Shown: piece by piece, positions 1-8,542 of the stretch | Numbering within the stretch: position 1 is the stretch's first letter | Layout of the letters: each line of letters begins with the position of its first letter | Assembly (NCBI GenBank): GCA_965612975.1 | Contig: CBFDTP010000001.1 | Span: 1-57,480, forward strand | From: an uncultured Dehalococcoidia bacterium | GTDB taxonomy: Bacteria; Chloroflexota; Dehalococcoidia; SZUA-161; SpSt-899 | DNA length: 57,480 nt | Reading direction: 5' to 3' | Notes under the pieces: generated by a model | What the model saw: only the letters and a program-made list of their open reading frames with translations | Databases searched by the model: none | Told to the model about the DNA's origin: nothing | Translations under genes and position numbers: made by a program

Positions 1-36
1 CACCTCAGCATATTCCTTGATGCTCCGCTGTGTCAT
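1..36 (-). CDS. 5' end of an unidentified gene that runs out of the window (MTQRSIKEYAEV...)
   Basis: ATG at 36 is preceded by a strong GGAGGAGGG Shine-Dalgarno. Only 12 codons are visible. Confidence 0.3.
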   Translation of the reverse strand, partial: MTQRSIKEYAEV

Positions 37-91
37 CCCTCCTCCGGTAACCCTACTTTTGATTCAATAATACCATCTTCGGTAACAAAAA

Positions 92-991
92 TTATGATGC
101 AATTCGTCCCTCGGCGAACACCTTCTCGGGGTGCCATAGCCCCCTGTCCGGTCGGAAGCGGAGGACGGCGAGCAGTTTCCCATCGGAGGAATAGGCTCGG
201 CAAAGTTCGCCTCCCACATCAGCCAAAGCTATGAATCGTCCGTTAAGTATGGCCTTCCTGTCCGATTCCCCAACTATGACGGCGTCCAGGTGGGAGAGCG
301 CTACGTCGAGCGGGTGCAGGTAGGTTTGCCAGTACCCCTGGCGGAAGGCCTCCTCGAGCTCCTCGGGTGAGACTGCCTCCTCGATCCTGAAGGGGCCACT
401 CTGAAGGCGTATCAGCTTCCTCAGATGGGCTCCACACCCCAGAACCTGCCCCAGGTCATGGGCCAGGGAGCGGATGTAGGTCCCTTTCCCGCACTCCACC
501 TCGACCTCAAGATGGGCCCCCTCCCAGCGGAGGACCTCCAGGCGGGATATCTGCACCTTCCGCGGCTTCTGGGGCACTTGAGCCCCGGCCCGGGCAAGTT
601 TATACAGGGGCTGGCCGTGATGTTTAACCGCACTATAGGGTGGAGGAACCTGCTCGATCTCGCCCTTAAAGCGACTGAGGGCTTCTTCTATTTGTCCCAG
701 TTTGAGGGAGGAGATGTCCCCTCGCTGCGTCACCTCCCCCGTAGCGTCATAGGTGGTGGTCGCCGTGCCCAGCTCTATCTCGGCCTGATAAACCTTCTGG
801 GCCAAGTTGAGGAATTCCACCACCCGGGTTCCCTGACCAAGACAAATGGGCAACACCCCGGTGGCCTCGGGGTCCAGAGTGCCTGCGTGCCCCACCCTCC
901 TTTCCCCAGTGAGGCGACGCACCAGGGAGACCATCTGGAAGGATGTCTTCCCGGGGGGCTTATTGAGGTTTATGATGCCGTTAAGTTTCAA
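92..991 (-). CDS. truB: tRNA pseudouridine(55) synthase TruB
   Basis: Has the GIINLNKPPGKTSF...VGHAGTLDPEATGVLPI motif. The ORF-track N-terminus (992-1120) overlaps rbfA and looks spurious. The likely start is TTG at 991, just after the rbfA stop, but this is uncertain. Confidence 0.85.
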   Translation of the reverse strand: MKLNGIINLNKPPGKTSFQMVSLVRRLTGERRVGHAGTLDPEATGVLPICLGQGTRVVEFLNLAQKVYQAEIELGTATTTYDATGEVTQRGDISSLKLGQIEEALSRFKGEIEQVPPPYSAVKHHGQPLYKLARAGAQVPQKPRKVQISRLEVLRWEGAHLEVEVECGKGTYIRSLAHDLGQVLGCGAHLRKLIRLQSGPFRIEEAVSPEELEEAFRQGYWQTYLHPLDVALSHLDAVIVGESDRKAILNGRFIALADVGGELCRAYSSDGKLLAVLRFRPDRGLWHPEKVFAEGRIAS

Positions 992-998
992 GGCGGGG

Positions 999-1355
999 TT
1001 ATAAAGGTGGATTTTCCTGGGCCAGCTTTTCCATGAGGTGGAGCAGATGACTCCCGCGCTCGATGGAGTTATCCCGCTGGAAACGTAGCTCGGGGGTGTA
1101 ACGCAGGGAGAGCCGCTCACCCAGCTTCTGGCGAAGGAATCCAGAGGCGGAGATCAGTCCAGCGAAGGCCTGCTCCCTCTCCTCCTCGCTGCCCAGGATG
1201 CTGATGAACACCTTGGCCTGCCGGAGGTCGGCGGAGACCTCCACCTCGGTGATGCTGATTATGCCTTTGAGCCGGGGGTCGTTGACCTCACGGGTGAGCA
1301 AATCGCTGAGCTCTCGCTGTATCAGGTGGTTAATCTGCCTCAAGCGCCGGCTCAT
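999..1355 (-). CDS. rbfA: ribosome-binding factor A
   Basis: RbfA-typical N-terminus (RRLRQINHLIQRELSDLL...DPRL). Canonical position between infB and truB. Confidence 0.9.
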   Translation of the reverse strand: MSRRLRQINHLIQRELSDLLTREVNDPRLKGIISITEVEVSADLRQAKVFISILGSEEEREQAFAGLISASGFLRQKLGERLSLRYTPELRFQRDNSIERGSHLLHLMEKLAQENPPL

Positions 1356-3100
1356 TTCCTCTCCTTTCGGTAGAACTCAATAATGTCACCAACTTGAAAC
1401 TCGGAGAACCCCTCAAGGCCGACCCCGCACTCGGAGCCGGCCGGCATTTCGGGCACATTGTCCTTGAAATGTTTCAGGCTGCTGACCACGGAGTCGTGAA
1501 TCACCTCACCGCGGCGAATGACCCTGGCCTGGGCCCCGCGAACAGCCTTACCCTCGAGAACATAGACCCCGGCCACCTTTCCGCCCCTTATCGGAAACAC
1601 GGCCCGAACCTCAGCCCGGCCTTCAACGACCTCCACGTAGGTGGGCTCGAGCAATCCGGAAAGGGCCTTCTGGACATCATCGAGCAGCTCGTAGATCACC
1701 CGGTAGCGGCGGATTTCAACTCCTTCCTGCTCAGCCAGCTTTTTGGCTCCTGGCTCTACCCGGGTGTTGAAGCCGATGATGACCGCCTGAGAGGCCAGGG
1801 CGAGCATGACGTCGTTTTCGGTGATACCGCCGATGCCGGCGTGGATTATCCTCACCCTGATATCCCCCACCTCAAGTTGCTCCAGGGAGTCCCGAATGGC
1901 CTCCACGCTGCCTTGGGCATCAGCTTTGAGAATCAGGTTGAGCCCTTTGGCCTCGCCGGTTCTGACCTGGGCAGAGACCTCGCTCAGGGTGGCGGTTCGA
2001 GTCCGAAGCAACTCCTGCTCTCTCAATCTCTTCTCCACTAGGGCTTTGGCCTCTTTCTCGCTGGGAACCGTGTTGAAAGGATCGCCAGCTTGAGGAATGC
2101 TGACCAGGCCAAGAAGCTCTACTGGGGTGGAGGGGCCAGCCTTCTTGAGGCGTTTTCCGTTCTCGTCGAACATGGCCCTTACCTTGCCCCAGCAAGTGTC
2201 GCCCACCACCACGACATCCCCCACCCGCAGGGTGCCATCCTGAACTATAACCGTGGCCAAAGGCCCCCGATTTGGATCCAGCCTCGATTCGATCACCACC
2301 CCCCTCGCTGGCGCATCGGGATTGGCCTTAAGCTCAGCTATCTCGGCTACCAGGAGAAGGCTTTCTAGAAGGTCGGGAATGCCCTGACCGGTTTTGGCCG
2401 AGACGGCCACGCAAACTGTATCACCACCCCACTCCTCGACCACCACCCCGTTCTCGGCCAGTTGCCTTTTGGCCTTTTCGGGATCGGCATCGGCCTTGTC
2501 GATCTTGTTGATGGCCACCACCAGGGGAACATCGGCTGCTCGGGCATGGTTTATGGCCTCAATCGTCTGCGGCATTACCCCATCGTCAGCCGCCACCACC
2601 AGCACGGCTATGTCGGTCACCTTGGCTCCCCTGGCTCGCAGAGCGGTGAAGGCCTCATGCCCCGGAGTGTCGATGAAGGTAAGCTTTTGGCCCTGGAACT
2701 CCACCTGATAGGCTCCAATGTGCTGGGTAATGGCCCCGGGCTCTGAAGCGACGATGTTGCTCTTCCGAATGTAGTCCAGCAGGCTGGTCTTGCCATGGTC
2801 AACGTGACCTAAGATGGTGATCACTGGCGGACGAGGCTTTTGAGCGGCAGCTCCTTCCTTGGGAAGTGGACGCTCGGCCGTTTCCCTTTCGGGCAGCTTG
2901 AGCTGCGGCTCATAACCATAGGCCTTGGCCGCGCTGGCAGCGGCTTCGTAATCAATCACCTGGTTTAGGCCGGCCATGACTCCCTGACGCATGAGCTGCT
3001 TGATCAAGCCGATGGGGTTGACTCCCAGAAGGTCGGCCAGCTGCCTTACCGTCAGTGCTCGGGGGAGCATCACGATCTTGGAGACTTTTTGATTGCTCAC
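1352..3100 (-). CDS. infB: translation initiation factor IF-2 (short form)
   Basis: [13 protein letters not shown]1 motif, DTPGHEAF and NKID motifs. Lies downstream of nusA-ylxR. Confidence 0.95.
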   Translation of the reverse strand: MSNQKVSKIVMLPRALTVRQLADLLGVNPIGLIKQLMRQGVMAGLNQVIDYEAAASAAKAYGYEPQLKLPERETAERPLPKEGAAAQKPRPPVITILGHVDHGKTSLLDYIRKSNIVASEPGAITQHIGAYQVEFQGQKLTFIDTPGHEAFTALRARGAKVTDIAVLVVAADDGVMPQTIEAINHARAADVPLVVAINKIDKADADPEKAKRQLAENGVVVEEWGGDTVCVAVSAKTGQGIPDLLESLLLVAEIAELKANPDAPARGVVIESRLDPNRGPLATVIVQDGTLRVGDVVVVGDTCWGKVRAMFDENGKRLKKAGPSTPVELLGLVSIPQAGDPFNTVPSEKEAKALVEKRLREQELLRTRTATLSEVSAQVRTGEAKGLNLILKADAQGSVEAIRDSLEQLEVGDIRVRIIHAGIGGITENDVMLALASQAVIIGFNTRVEPGAKKLAEQEGVEIRRYRVIYELLDDVQKALSGLLEPTYVEVVEGRAEVRAVFPIRGGKVAGVYVLEGKAVRGAQARVIRRGEVIHDSVVSSLKHFKDNVPEMPAGSECGVGLEGFSEFQVGDIIEFYRKERK

Positions 3101-3129
3101 TTTACTTCCTTTTGGTCGACGACCACTTC

Positions 3130-3420
3130 TTATTCGGGGAGAAATTCCTCACCATAGGTCTGGAGATAGGCTCGGGTCTCCGGGGAGACCTCGGTCTTTA
3201 GGGCCCAAGCTAGGCGGTTCTTTCGGTCCTTCCTCAGGGCCTTCTCCCAGCAAGCCCTTGAACGACACAAATAAGCGCCGCGACCGCTCTTCTTCCCCTT
3301 GGGATCCACCTCGATGCTTCCATCAGGGGTTCGCACGATCCGAACCAGTTGCCACTTGGGCGACTTCTTGCCACAAGCAATACAGGTGCGCTCGGGAACA
3401 TGCCCTTTGCCTTGAGACAT
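3130..3420 (-). CDS. ylxR: YlxR/RnpM-family (DUF448) RNA-binding protein
   Basis: ERTCIACG...GRGAYLC motif. Conserved position between nusA and infB. Confidence 0.8.
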   Translation of the reverse strand: MSQGKGHVPERTCIACGKKSPKWQLVRIVRTPDGSIEVDPKGKKSGRGAYLCRSRACWEKALRKDRKNRLAWALKTEVSPETRAYLQTYGEEFLPE

Positions 3421-3426
3421 CCGCGG

Positions 3427-4749
3427 TTATAGCTCCTCGTACTCCTCCTCTTCCAGCAGAACCCTTCTGGGCTTACCCTTCTTCTTGGCCTTGACCCCCT
3501 CCTTTTCCTTCTTCTTTTCCTTGGAGGGGCGGGTGATCTCCGGAAGGATATCCTCGGCAAAGCGGATGGCCGACTTGGCCGCCGGCACCTCTTCCAGCAC
3601 TTCCTCCGCCGGGGCCTCCTCCGGGACAGCTTCCTCCTCCGCCTCTCGGCGAAGTTCCTCCTCTGCTCGCCGGGCAGCTTCCTCCTCTGCTCGCCGGGCA
3701 GCCTCTTCCTGCTCAAAGAGGCTCTGACTCTTGATGTCGATCTTCCAGCCGGTGAGCTTGGCCGCCAGCCGCGCGTTCTGCCCCTCGCGCCCGATGGCCA
3801 GCGAAAGTTGATTATCGGGCACGATCACCAGAGCAGAGCCCTCTTCCAGATCCGGCTCCACCCGGCTCACCCGAGCAGGGCTCAAGGCGTTGGCCACGAA
3901 GACCCGGGGATCAGGATGCCAGCGAATGACGTCTATCTTTTCGCCCTGTAGTTCGTTGACTATATTCTGTATCCTGACGCCGCGAAGCCCGATGCAAGAG
4001 CCAACTGGGTCAACCCCCTCCTGACGCTCCGCCACCGCCACCTTACTTCGGGAGCCAGGGTCGCGAGCGATCCCCTTTATCTCCACGGCGCCGTTGCTGA
4101 TCTCCGGTATCTCCAGCTCAAAGAGGCGGCGCACCAGGTTCGGATGGGTTCGAGAAAGGATAAGTTGTGGGCCCTTATTGGTCTGATTCACCTCCAGCAG
4201 GTAAAAGCGGAGTCTCTGGCCCACCCGGTAATGCTCCGTCCTGACTTGCTCCGCCGGGGGCAATATCCCCTCCACCTTGCCCAGGTCCACCACTATCTGG
4301 CGGGGTTCTATTCGCGAGACCACCCCACTTAAGATCTCCCCCTCCCGACTGGCAAACTCGCCGGAGATAAACTCCTGCTCCGCCTCCCGAAGTCGCTGGA
4401 TGACTATCTGCTTGGCGGTCTGGGCCACGATTCGGCCAGCGCCGGGGGGGTTATTGATCTCCAGCGTGATCACCTCTCCCAGCTCGGCATCCTCCTTGAT
4501 CCGACGAGCCTCATCAAGCGAGATCTCACGGAAGGGATCATTTACCGACTCCACCACCGTCTTACGAGCGTAGAACTTTATATCCCCGCTTGTGGGAACG
4601 ATAGTCACCGTAAAATCGTGCTTCCCCAGGAAGCTGTCCTTACGGTAGGTGGATTGCAGGGCCTGTTCAACCGCCTTAAAGACCACCTCCTTGGGCAAAT
4701 TCCTCTCAGCCGCCAACTGCGTTACAGCGAGCAGAAATTCATTCTTCAT
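3427..4749 (-). CDS. nusA: transcription termination/antitermination factor NusA with a charged C-terminal tail
   Basis: NusA N-terminal, S1 and KH region sequence (GAVEIKGIARDPGSRSKVAV..., AIGREGQNARLAAKLTGWKIDI). Confidence 0.95.
   Translation of the reverse strand: MKNEFLLAVTQLAAERNLPKEVVFKAVEQALQSTYRKDSFLGKHDFTVTIVPTSGDIKFYARKTVVESVNDPFREISLDEARRIKEDAELGEVITLEINNPPGAGRIVAQTAKQIVIQRLREAEQEFISGEFASREGEILSGVVSRIEPRQIVVDLGKVEGILPPAEQVRTEHYRVGQRLRFYLLEVNQTNKGPQLILSRTHPNLVRRLFELEIPEISNGAVEIKGIARDPGSRSKVAVAERQEGVDPVGSCIGLRGVRIQNIVNELQGEKIDVIRWHPDPRVFVANALSPARVSRVEPDLEEGSALVIVPDNQLSLAIGREGQNARLAAKLTGWKIDIKSQSLFEQEEAARRAEEEAARRAEEELRREAEEEAVPEEAPAEEVLEEVPAAKSAIRFAEDILPEITRPSKEKKKEKEGVKAKKKGKPRRVLLEEEEYEEL
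3655..3702. repeat. perfect 24-nt tandem duplication inside the nusA tail (encodes AARRAEEE twice)
   Basis: ttcctcctctgctcgccgggcagc occurs at 3655-3678 and again at 3679-3702. Confidence 0.9.
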
Positions 4750-4775
4750 CTCGCTGCCTCCTTCACTCGCTAACT

Positions 4776-4799
4776 AAAAAAGTGGGCCCACTACCCACT
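4776..4799 (-). terminator. terminator-like hairpin plus T-run in the nusA leader (possible attenuator)
   Basis: Minus strand reads AGTGGG-tagtggg-CCCACT followed by TTTTT. It ends about 25 nt upstream of the nusA start and RBS. Confidence 0.45.
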
Positions 4800-4972
4800 T
4801 CGCTTCTATATTAACATGCCCCCGGGCAAAATGCAACTTAGATTATGTCAAGTCAATGGAGGCAATTACGGCGGGTCAATTATTGAAGCCAGGAGACTTG
4901 ACTTTTAATGCGAAAGCGGTGTAAGCTAAATACAAGCAAAGCCGAAGCGATCTTACACTGAAAGGAGGGCAA

Positions 4973-5113
4973 ATGGAGGCCTATTGCTTCAAGTGCCGAG
5001 CGAAGAGGGAGATAAAGAACCCGCAGAAGGTAACTTTAAAGAATGGAAAGCCAGCCACGAAGGGCGTTTGTGCCGTTTGTGGCACCACAGTGTATCGCAT
5101 CGGCAAGGCCTAA
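4973..5113 (+). CDS. small zinc-ribbon protein (DUF5679-like), 46 aa, absent from the ORF track
   Basis: MEAYCFKCRAKREIKNPQKVTLKNGKPATKGVCAVCGTTVYRIGKA. Has CxxC...CxxC and an AAAGGAGGG RBS 5 nt upstream of the ATG. Confidence 0.7.
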   Translation: MEAYCFKCRAKREIKNPQKVTLKNGKPATKGVCAVCGTTVYRIGKA

Positions 5114-5235
5114 GAGCCAGCTCCTTCTCGAAAAGGGACTAGCTTTCCTGTCTCCAGGGTGGGCAAAGATGCCTGCTCGATGTGGGAGCAGGATTGCGGC
5201 GCCGGTAACCTCTTAAAAAGGTGGTTCCACTACAA

Positions 5236-5256
5236 GCCTGGGTAGAGCCTGGGTAG
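5236..5256. repeat. direct repeat gcctgggtag-a-gcctgggtag upstream of ino1
   Basis: Two perfect 10-mers at 5236-5245 and 5247-5256, giving an 11-bp register. Confidence 0.6.
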
Positions 5257-5383
5257 TAAGTGAGATTCTGCTGATTAGTTCTTTTTCTTTGCCTCCCTGG
5301 TTAATTCAGTATTGCCATGAAAGGCCCCGCTTAGGTGAATAACCCAAGGCGAAAAAGCTGGCTTAAGGAAAGGAGGTGAGTTT

Positions 5384-6487
5384 GTGGGTAAGATCAAGGT
5401 AGCCATAATTGGGGTTGGTAACTGTGCCTCCTCCCTGGTCCAGGGGGTTTACTACTACGCCAACGCCGACGAGAACGATTTCGTCCCTGGGCTAATGCAT
5501 GTCAACCTCGGTGGTTACCATATAAGGGATATCGAGTTTGTTGCTGCCTTCGATGTGGATCAGAACAAGGTGGGCAAGGACCTCTCAGAGGCCATCTTCA
5601 CACCACCGAACAATACCTTTAAGTTCTGTGATGTCCCGCGGATGGGGGTGGAGGTAAAGCGAGGTATGACCCATGATGGGCTGGGGAGATACCTCTCTCA
5701 AATCATCACCAAAGCACCCGGCTCAACTGCCAATATAACCCAGATCCTGAGGGAAACCGAGACCGACGTAGTGGTAAACTATCTCCCCGTGGGCAGTGAG
5801 GAGGCCACCAAGTGGTATGTAGAACAGATCCTTAATGCTGGCTGCGCTTTGGTCAACTGCATCCCGGTCTTCATCGCTCGGGAGAAGTACTGGCAGGAGA
5901 GGTTTACCGAAAGAGGTCTGCCGATCATCGGCGATGATATCAAATCCCAGGTGGGGGCCACGATTACCCACCGGGTGCTGACCCGCCTCTTCCGCGATCG
6001 CGGGGTGAAGCTTGAGCGAAGCTATCAGCTCAACTTCGGCGGCAATACCGACTTCTACAACATGCTGGAACGCGAGAGGCTTCAGTCGAAAAAGATCTCC
6101 AAGACTGGGGCGGTGACTTCACAGTTGGACTACGACATCGGGGCGGAGAACATTCACATCGGGCCCAGCGATTATGTGCCCTGGCTTAAGGATCGGAAGT
6201 TCTGTTACATTCGCATGGAGGGGCGCACCTTCGGCGATGTCCCCCTAAATCTGGAGCTGAAGCTTGAGGTTTGGGATAGCCCTAACTCGGCCGGGGTGGT
6301 GATAGATGCCATCAGATGCTGTAAATTGGCTCTGGATCGGGGGCAAGCCGGGGCTCTAATTGGGCCTTCGGCCTACTTCATGAAGTCCCCCCCGATTCAA
6401 TTCACCGATGAGGAAGCCCGAAAGCTAACGGAGGAGTTCATCAGCGGTGAGCAGCGAGTGGCCCAGCCGCTGACCAAGGAAGCTTAA
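5384..6487 (+). CDS. ino1: myo-inositol-1-phosphate synthase
   Basis: [18 protein letters not shown] Rossmann N-terminus and overall archaeal/bacterial-type MIPS sequence. GTG start after AAGGAGG. Confidence 0.9.
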   Translation: MGKIKVAIIGVGNCASSLVQGVYYYANADENDFVPGLMHVNLGGYHIRDIEFVAAFDVDQNKVGKDLSEAIFTPPNNTFKFCDVPRMGVEVKRGMTHDGLGRYLSQIITKAPGSTANITQILRETETDVVVNYLPVGSEEATKWYVEQILNAGCALVNCIPVFIAREKYWQERFTERGLPIIGDDIKSQVGATITHRVLTRLFRDRGVKLERSYQLNFGGNTDFYNMLERERLQSKKISKTGAVTSQLDYDIGAENIHIGPSDYVPWLKDRKFCYIRMEGRTFGDVPLNLELKLEVWDSPNSAGVVIDAIRCCKLALDRGQAGALIGPSAYFMKSPPIQFTDEEARKLTEEFISGEQRVAQPLTKEA

Positions 6488-6506
6488 CCCGTTGCCGGGG
6501 AAATTT

Positions 6507-7814
6507 ATGAAGATCCTGCTGGTCTCCCCATATGATTACAATTACCCCAGCGGGGTCAATCATCACGTTTTGCGGCTGGAGGAAAACTTCACCCGGATGG
6601 GACATGAGGTCAAGCTCGTTTTCCCCGCCTCCGGCCGTAAAGCCCCTCCTCGGGAAAACATCACCTTCATTGGTCGGCCAATTCCCATACATGCCAGCGG
6701 CTCCATAGCTCGGTCGCCGGCCTCGCCGAGGCTCTTCTTCTCCAAGAAGATTGAGGAGTTCTTGGAGCGGGAAAAGTTCGACATAGTTCACCTACATGAA
6801 CCTCTCTTCCCGCCGCTTACCACCGGGTTCCTGCGGAAATCCCAGGCGGTCAATATCGGCACCTTTCACGCCAGCCGTTCGCGTAGCTGGGGCTACTGGT
6901 TCTGGAAACCCCTCTTACGCACCTGGTTTGCCCGACTGGATGGTAAAATAGCCGTTTCCACGGCGGCGAGGGATTTTATCAGTCATTACTTCCCCGGTGA
7001 CTACGTTATCATCCCCAACGGAGTGGATGCGGCCTTCTTCTCCAACATTCCTCCTCTCGAGGAGTTCCGGGATGGGAAGGTGAACATCCTCTTCGTGGGA
7101 CGCCTGGAGAAACGCAAGGGGTTCCGCTATCTTCTGGAGGCTTATCGCTGGGTTAAAAGGGAGAATCCCCAGACCCGCCTCCTCGTGGTTGGTCCCACCG
7201 GGCTGACCCGCTGGAGGTACGAGCTTTTGGTGAGAAAGTATGGGTTGGAGGATGTCGTCTTCGTGGGCTATGTCTCCTTCGAGGAACTACTTCGCTACTA
7301 CCACACCGCCGACATATTCTGTTCCCCGGCCACCGGAAACGAAAGCTTCGGGATGGTTCTTCTGGAGGCCATGGCTGCCTCCAAGCCGGTGATCGCTTCC
7401 AACATCTCTGGCTACGCCGGTCTGGTGCAGAACGGCGTTGAAGGATTGCTGGTCAAGCCCAAGGACGTGAAGACGCTTGCCGGGGCCCTGGATCTGCTCA
7501 TCAAGGACAAGTCCTTGCGGGAAAGCCTGGGGCGGGCGGGGAGGCTGAAAGCCGAGCAGTACCGCTGGGAGCACATCGCTGAAAGGGTGTTGGCCTTCTA
7601 TGAAGAGGTGCTGCAGGCAAAACGGGCAGGGGCAATCCCTGTGTATCGCGGGAGCCGGAAGGAGTTCGTCACTCGGAGCTTCACTGCCAGCCTGCTGGGC
7701 CTGTTCGGCATCTGGGTGGGGTTCTTCTTGCTCAGCTTGGATAGATTATTCTCTCCGGCCGCCGAAGCCTGGGCTTTCCTCGGCCGCATAGCTTCTCGAG
7801 GAAAAGGAAGATAG
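6507..7814 (+). CDS. GT4-family glycosyltransferase (PimA-like) with a C-terminal transmembrane tail
   Basis: MKILLVSPY... N-terminus and the E-x7-E region (ESFGMVLLEAMAASKPVIAS). C-terminal hydrophobic segment LLGLFGIWVGFFLL. ATG at 6507 is preferred over TTG at 6492. Confidence 0.8.
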   Translation: MKILLVSPYDYNYPSGVNHHVLRLEENFTRMGHEVKLVFPASGRKAPPRENITFIGRPIPIHASGSIARSPASPRLFFSKKIEEFLEREKFDIVHLHEPLFPPLTTGFLRKSQAVNIGTFHASRSRSWGYWFWKPLLRTWFARLDGKIAVSTAARDFISHYFPGDYVIIPNGVDAAFFSNIPPLEEFRDGKVNILFVGRLEKRKGFRYLLEAYRWVKRENPQTRLLVVGPTGLTRWRYELLVRKYGLEDVVFVGYVSFEELLRYYHTADIFCSPATGNESFGMVLLEAMAASKPVIASNISGYAGLVQNGVEGLLVKPKDVKTLAGALDLLIKDKSLRESLGRAGRLKAEQYRWEHIAERVLAFYEEVLQAKRAGAIPVYRGSRKEFVTRSFTASLLGLFGIWVGFFLLSLDRLFSPAAEAWAFLGRIASRGKGR

Positions 7815-7938
7815 AACTCAAGAGCTACTACCGAGCCGGCCCTCTCCCTAAGGGATTTATAGCGTCCCTACAGAATCTCGGTGTCATGGTCTAAAATCAT
7901 GTCTTCTGGGGAGCCCCGGCTTTTGACCTTGGACTAAA

Positions 7939-8538
7939 ATGCTGGAAAGGTTGAGATATGCCGCGGCAGGCGTTCTGACCCGGCCAGTTATCGGGATTCT
8001 GGTCCGGTTGGGCATCTCCCCCAACACGCTTTCCTTAATGGGCTTTGCCCTTAACCTCAGCATCGCCTATGCCCTGGCCCGGGGGTATCTCTTGACGGGT
8101 GGGCTGCTCATTCTTTTCTCCGGCTGGTTTGATCTCCTGGACGGAGCTTTGGCACGGGCTAAGGGAAAGGTGACCCGGTTTGGTGCCTTGCTTGATTCTG
8201 TCTTGGATCGGTTTTCCGAGGCAGCCCTGTTTTTTGGCCTGCTTTTCTTTTACCTCAGGCTTTCGGCGGGGCTCGAGGTCATGCTGGTCTACCTCGCCCT
8301 GGTGGGCTCGATGGCGGTGAGCTACACCCGGGCGCGGGCGGAGGGACTGGGGATGGAGCTCCGGGTGGGACTTCTCACCCGGTCGGAGAGGATAATCTTG
8401 CTCGCCCTGGGCCTTATCCTGAGCTGGTTCTGCTCCCAGGCCCTGCTCGTTGTGCTGTGGATACTGGCCATCGGGACAAATCTCACCGCCATCCACCGGG
8501 TGATCCATGTCTGGCGAAGGACGAGGGAGGATCGATAG
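7939..8538 (+). CDS. CDP-alcohol phosphatidyltransferase (phosphatidylinositol-phosphate synthase-like)
   Basis: DLLDGALARAKGKVTRFGALLDSVLDRFSE matches the D-x2-DG-x2-AR...G-x3-D-x3-D signature. Multi-TM protein. Confidence 0.85.
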   Translation: MLERLRYAAAGVLTRPVIGILVRLGISPNTLSLMGFALNLSIAYALARGYLLTGGLLILFSGWFDLLDGALARAKGKVTRFGALLDSVLDRFSEAALFFGLLFFYLRLSAGLEVMLVYLALVGSMAVSYTRARAEGLGMELRVGLLTRSERIILLALGLILSWFCSQALLVVLWILAIGTNLTAIHRVIHVWRRTREDR

Positions 8539-8542
8539 TAGG

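Noticed and set aside
992-1120. N-terminal extensions in the ORF track: truB 992-1120, plsY 19531-19650, crotonase 24890-25048, PspC 29854-29967, UPF0280 39711-39833 and the prfB frame-1 leader.
   Set aside because: The extensions overlap the upstream gene and add residues outside the family. Downstream starts with better RBSs or coupling signals exist.
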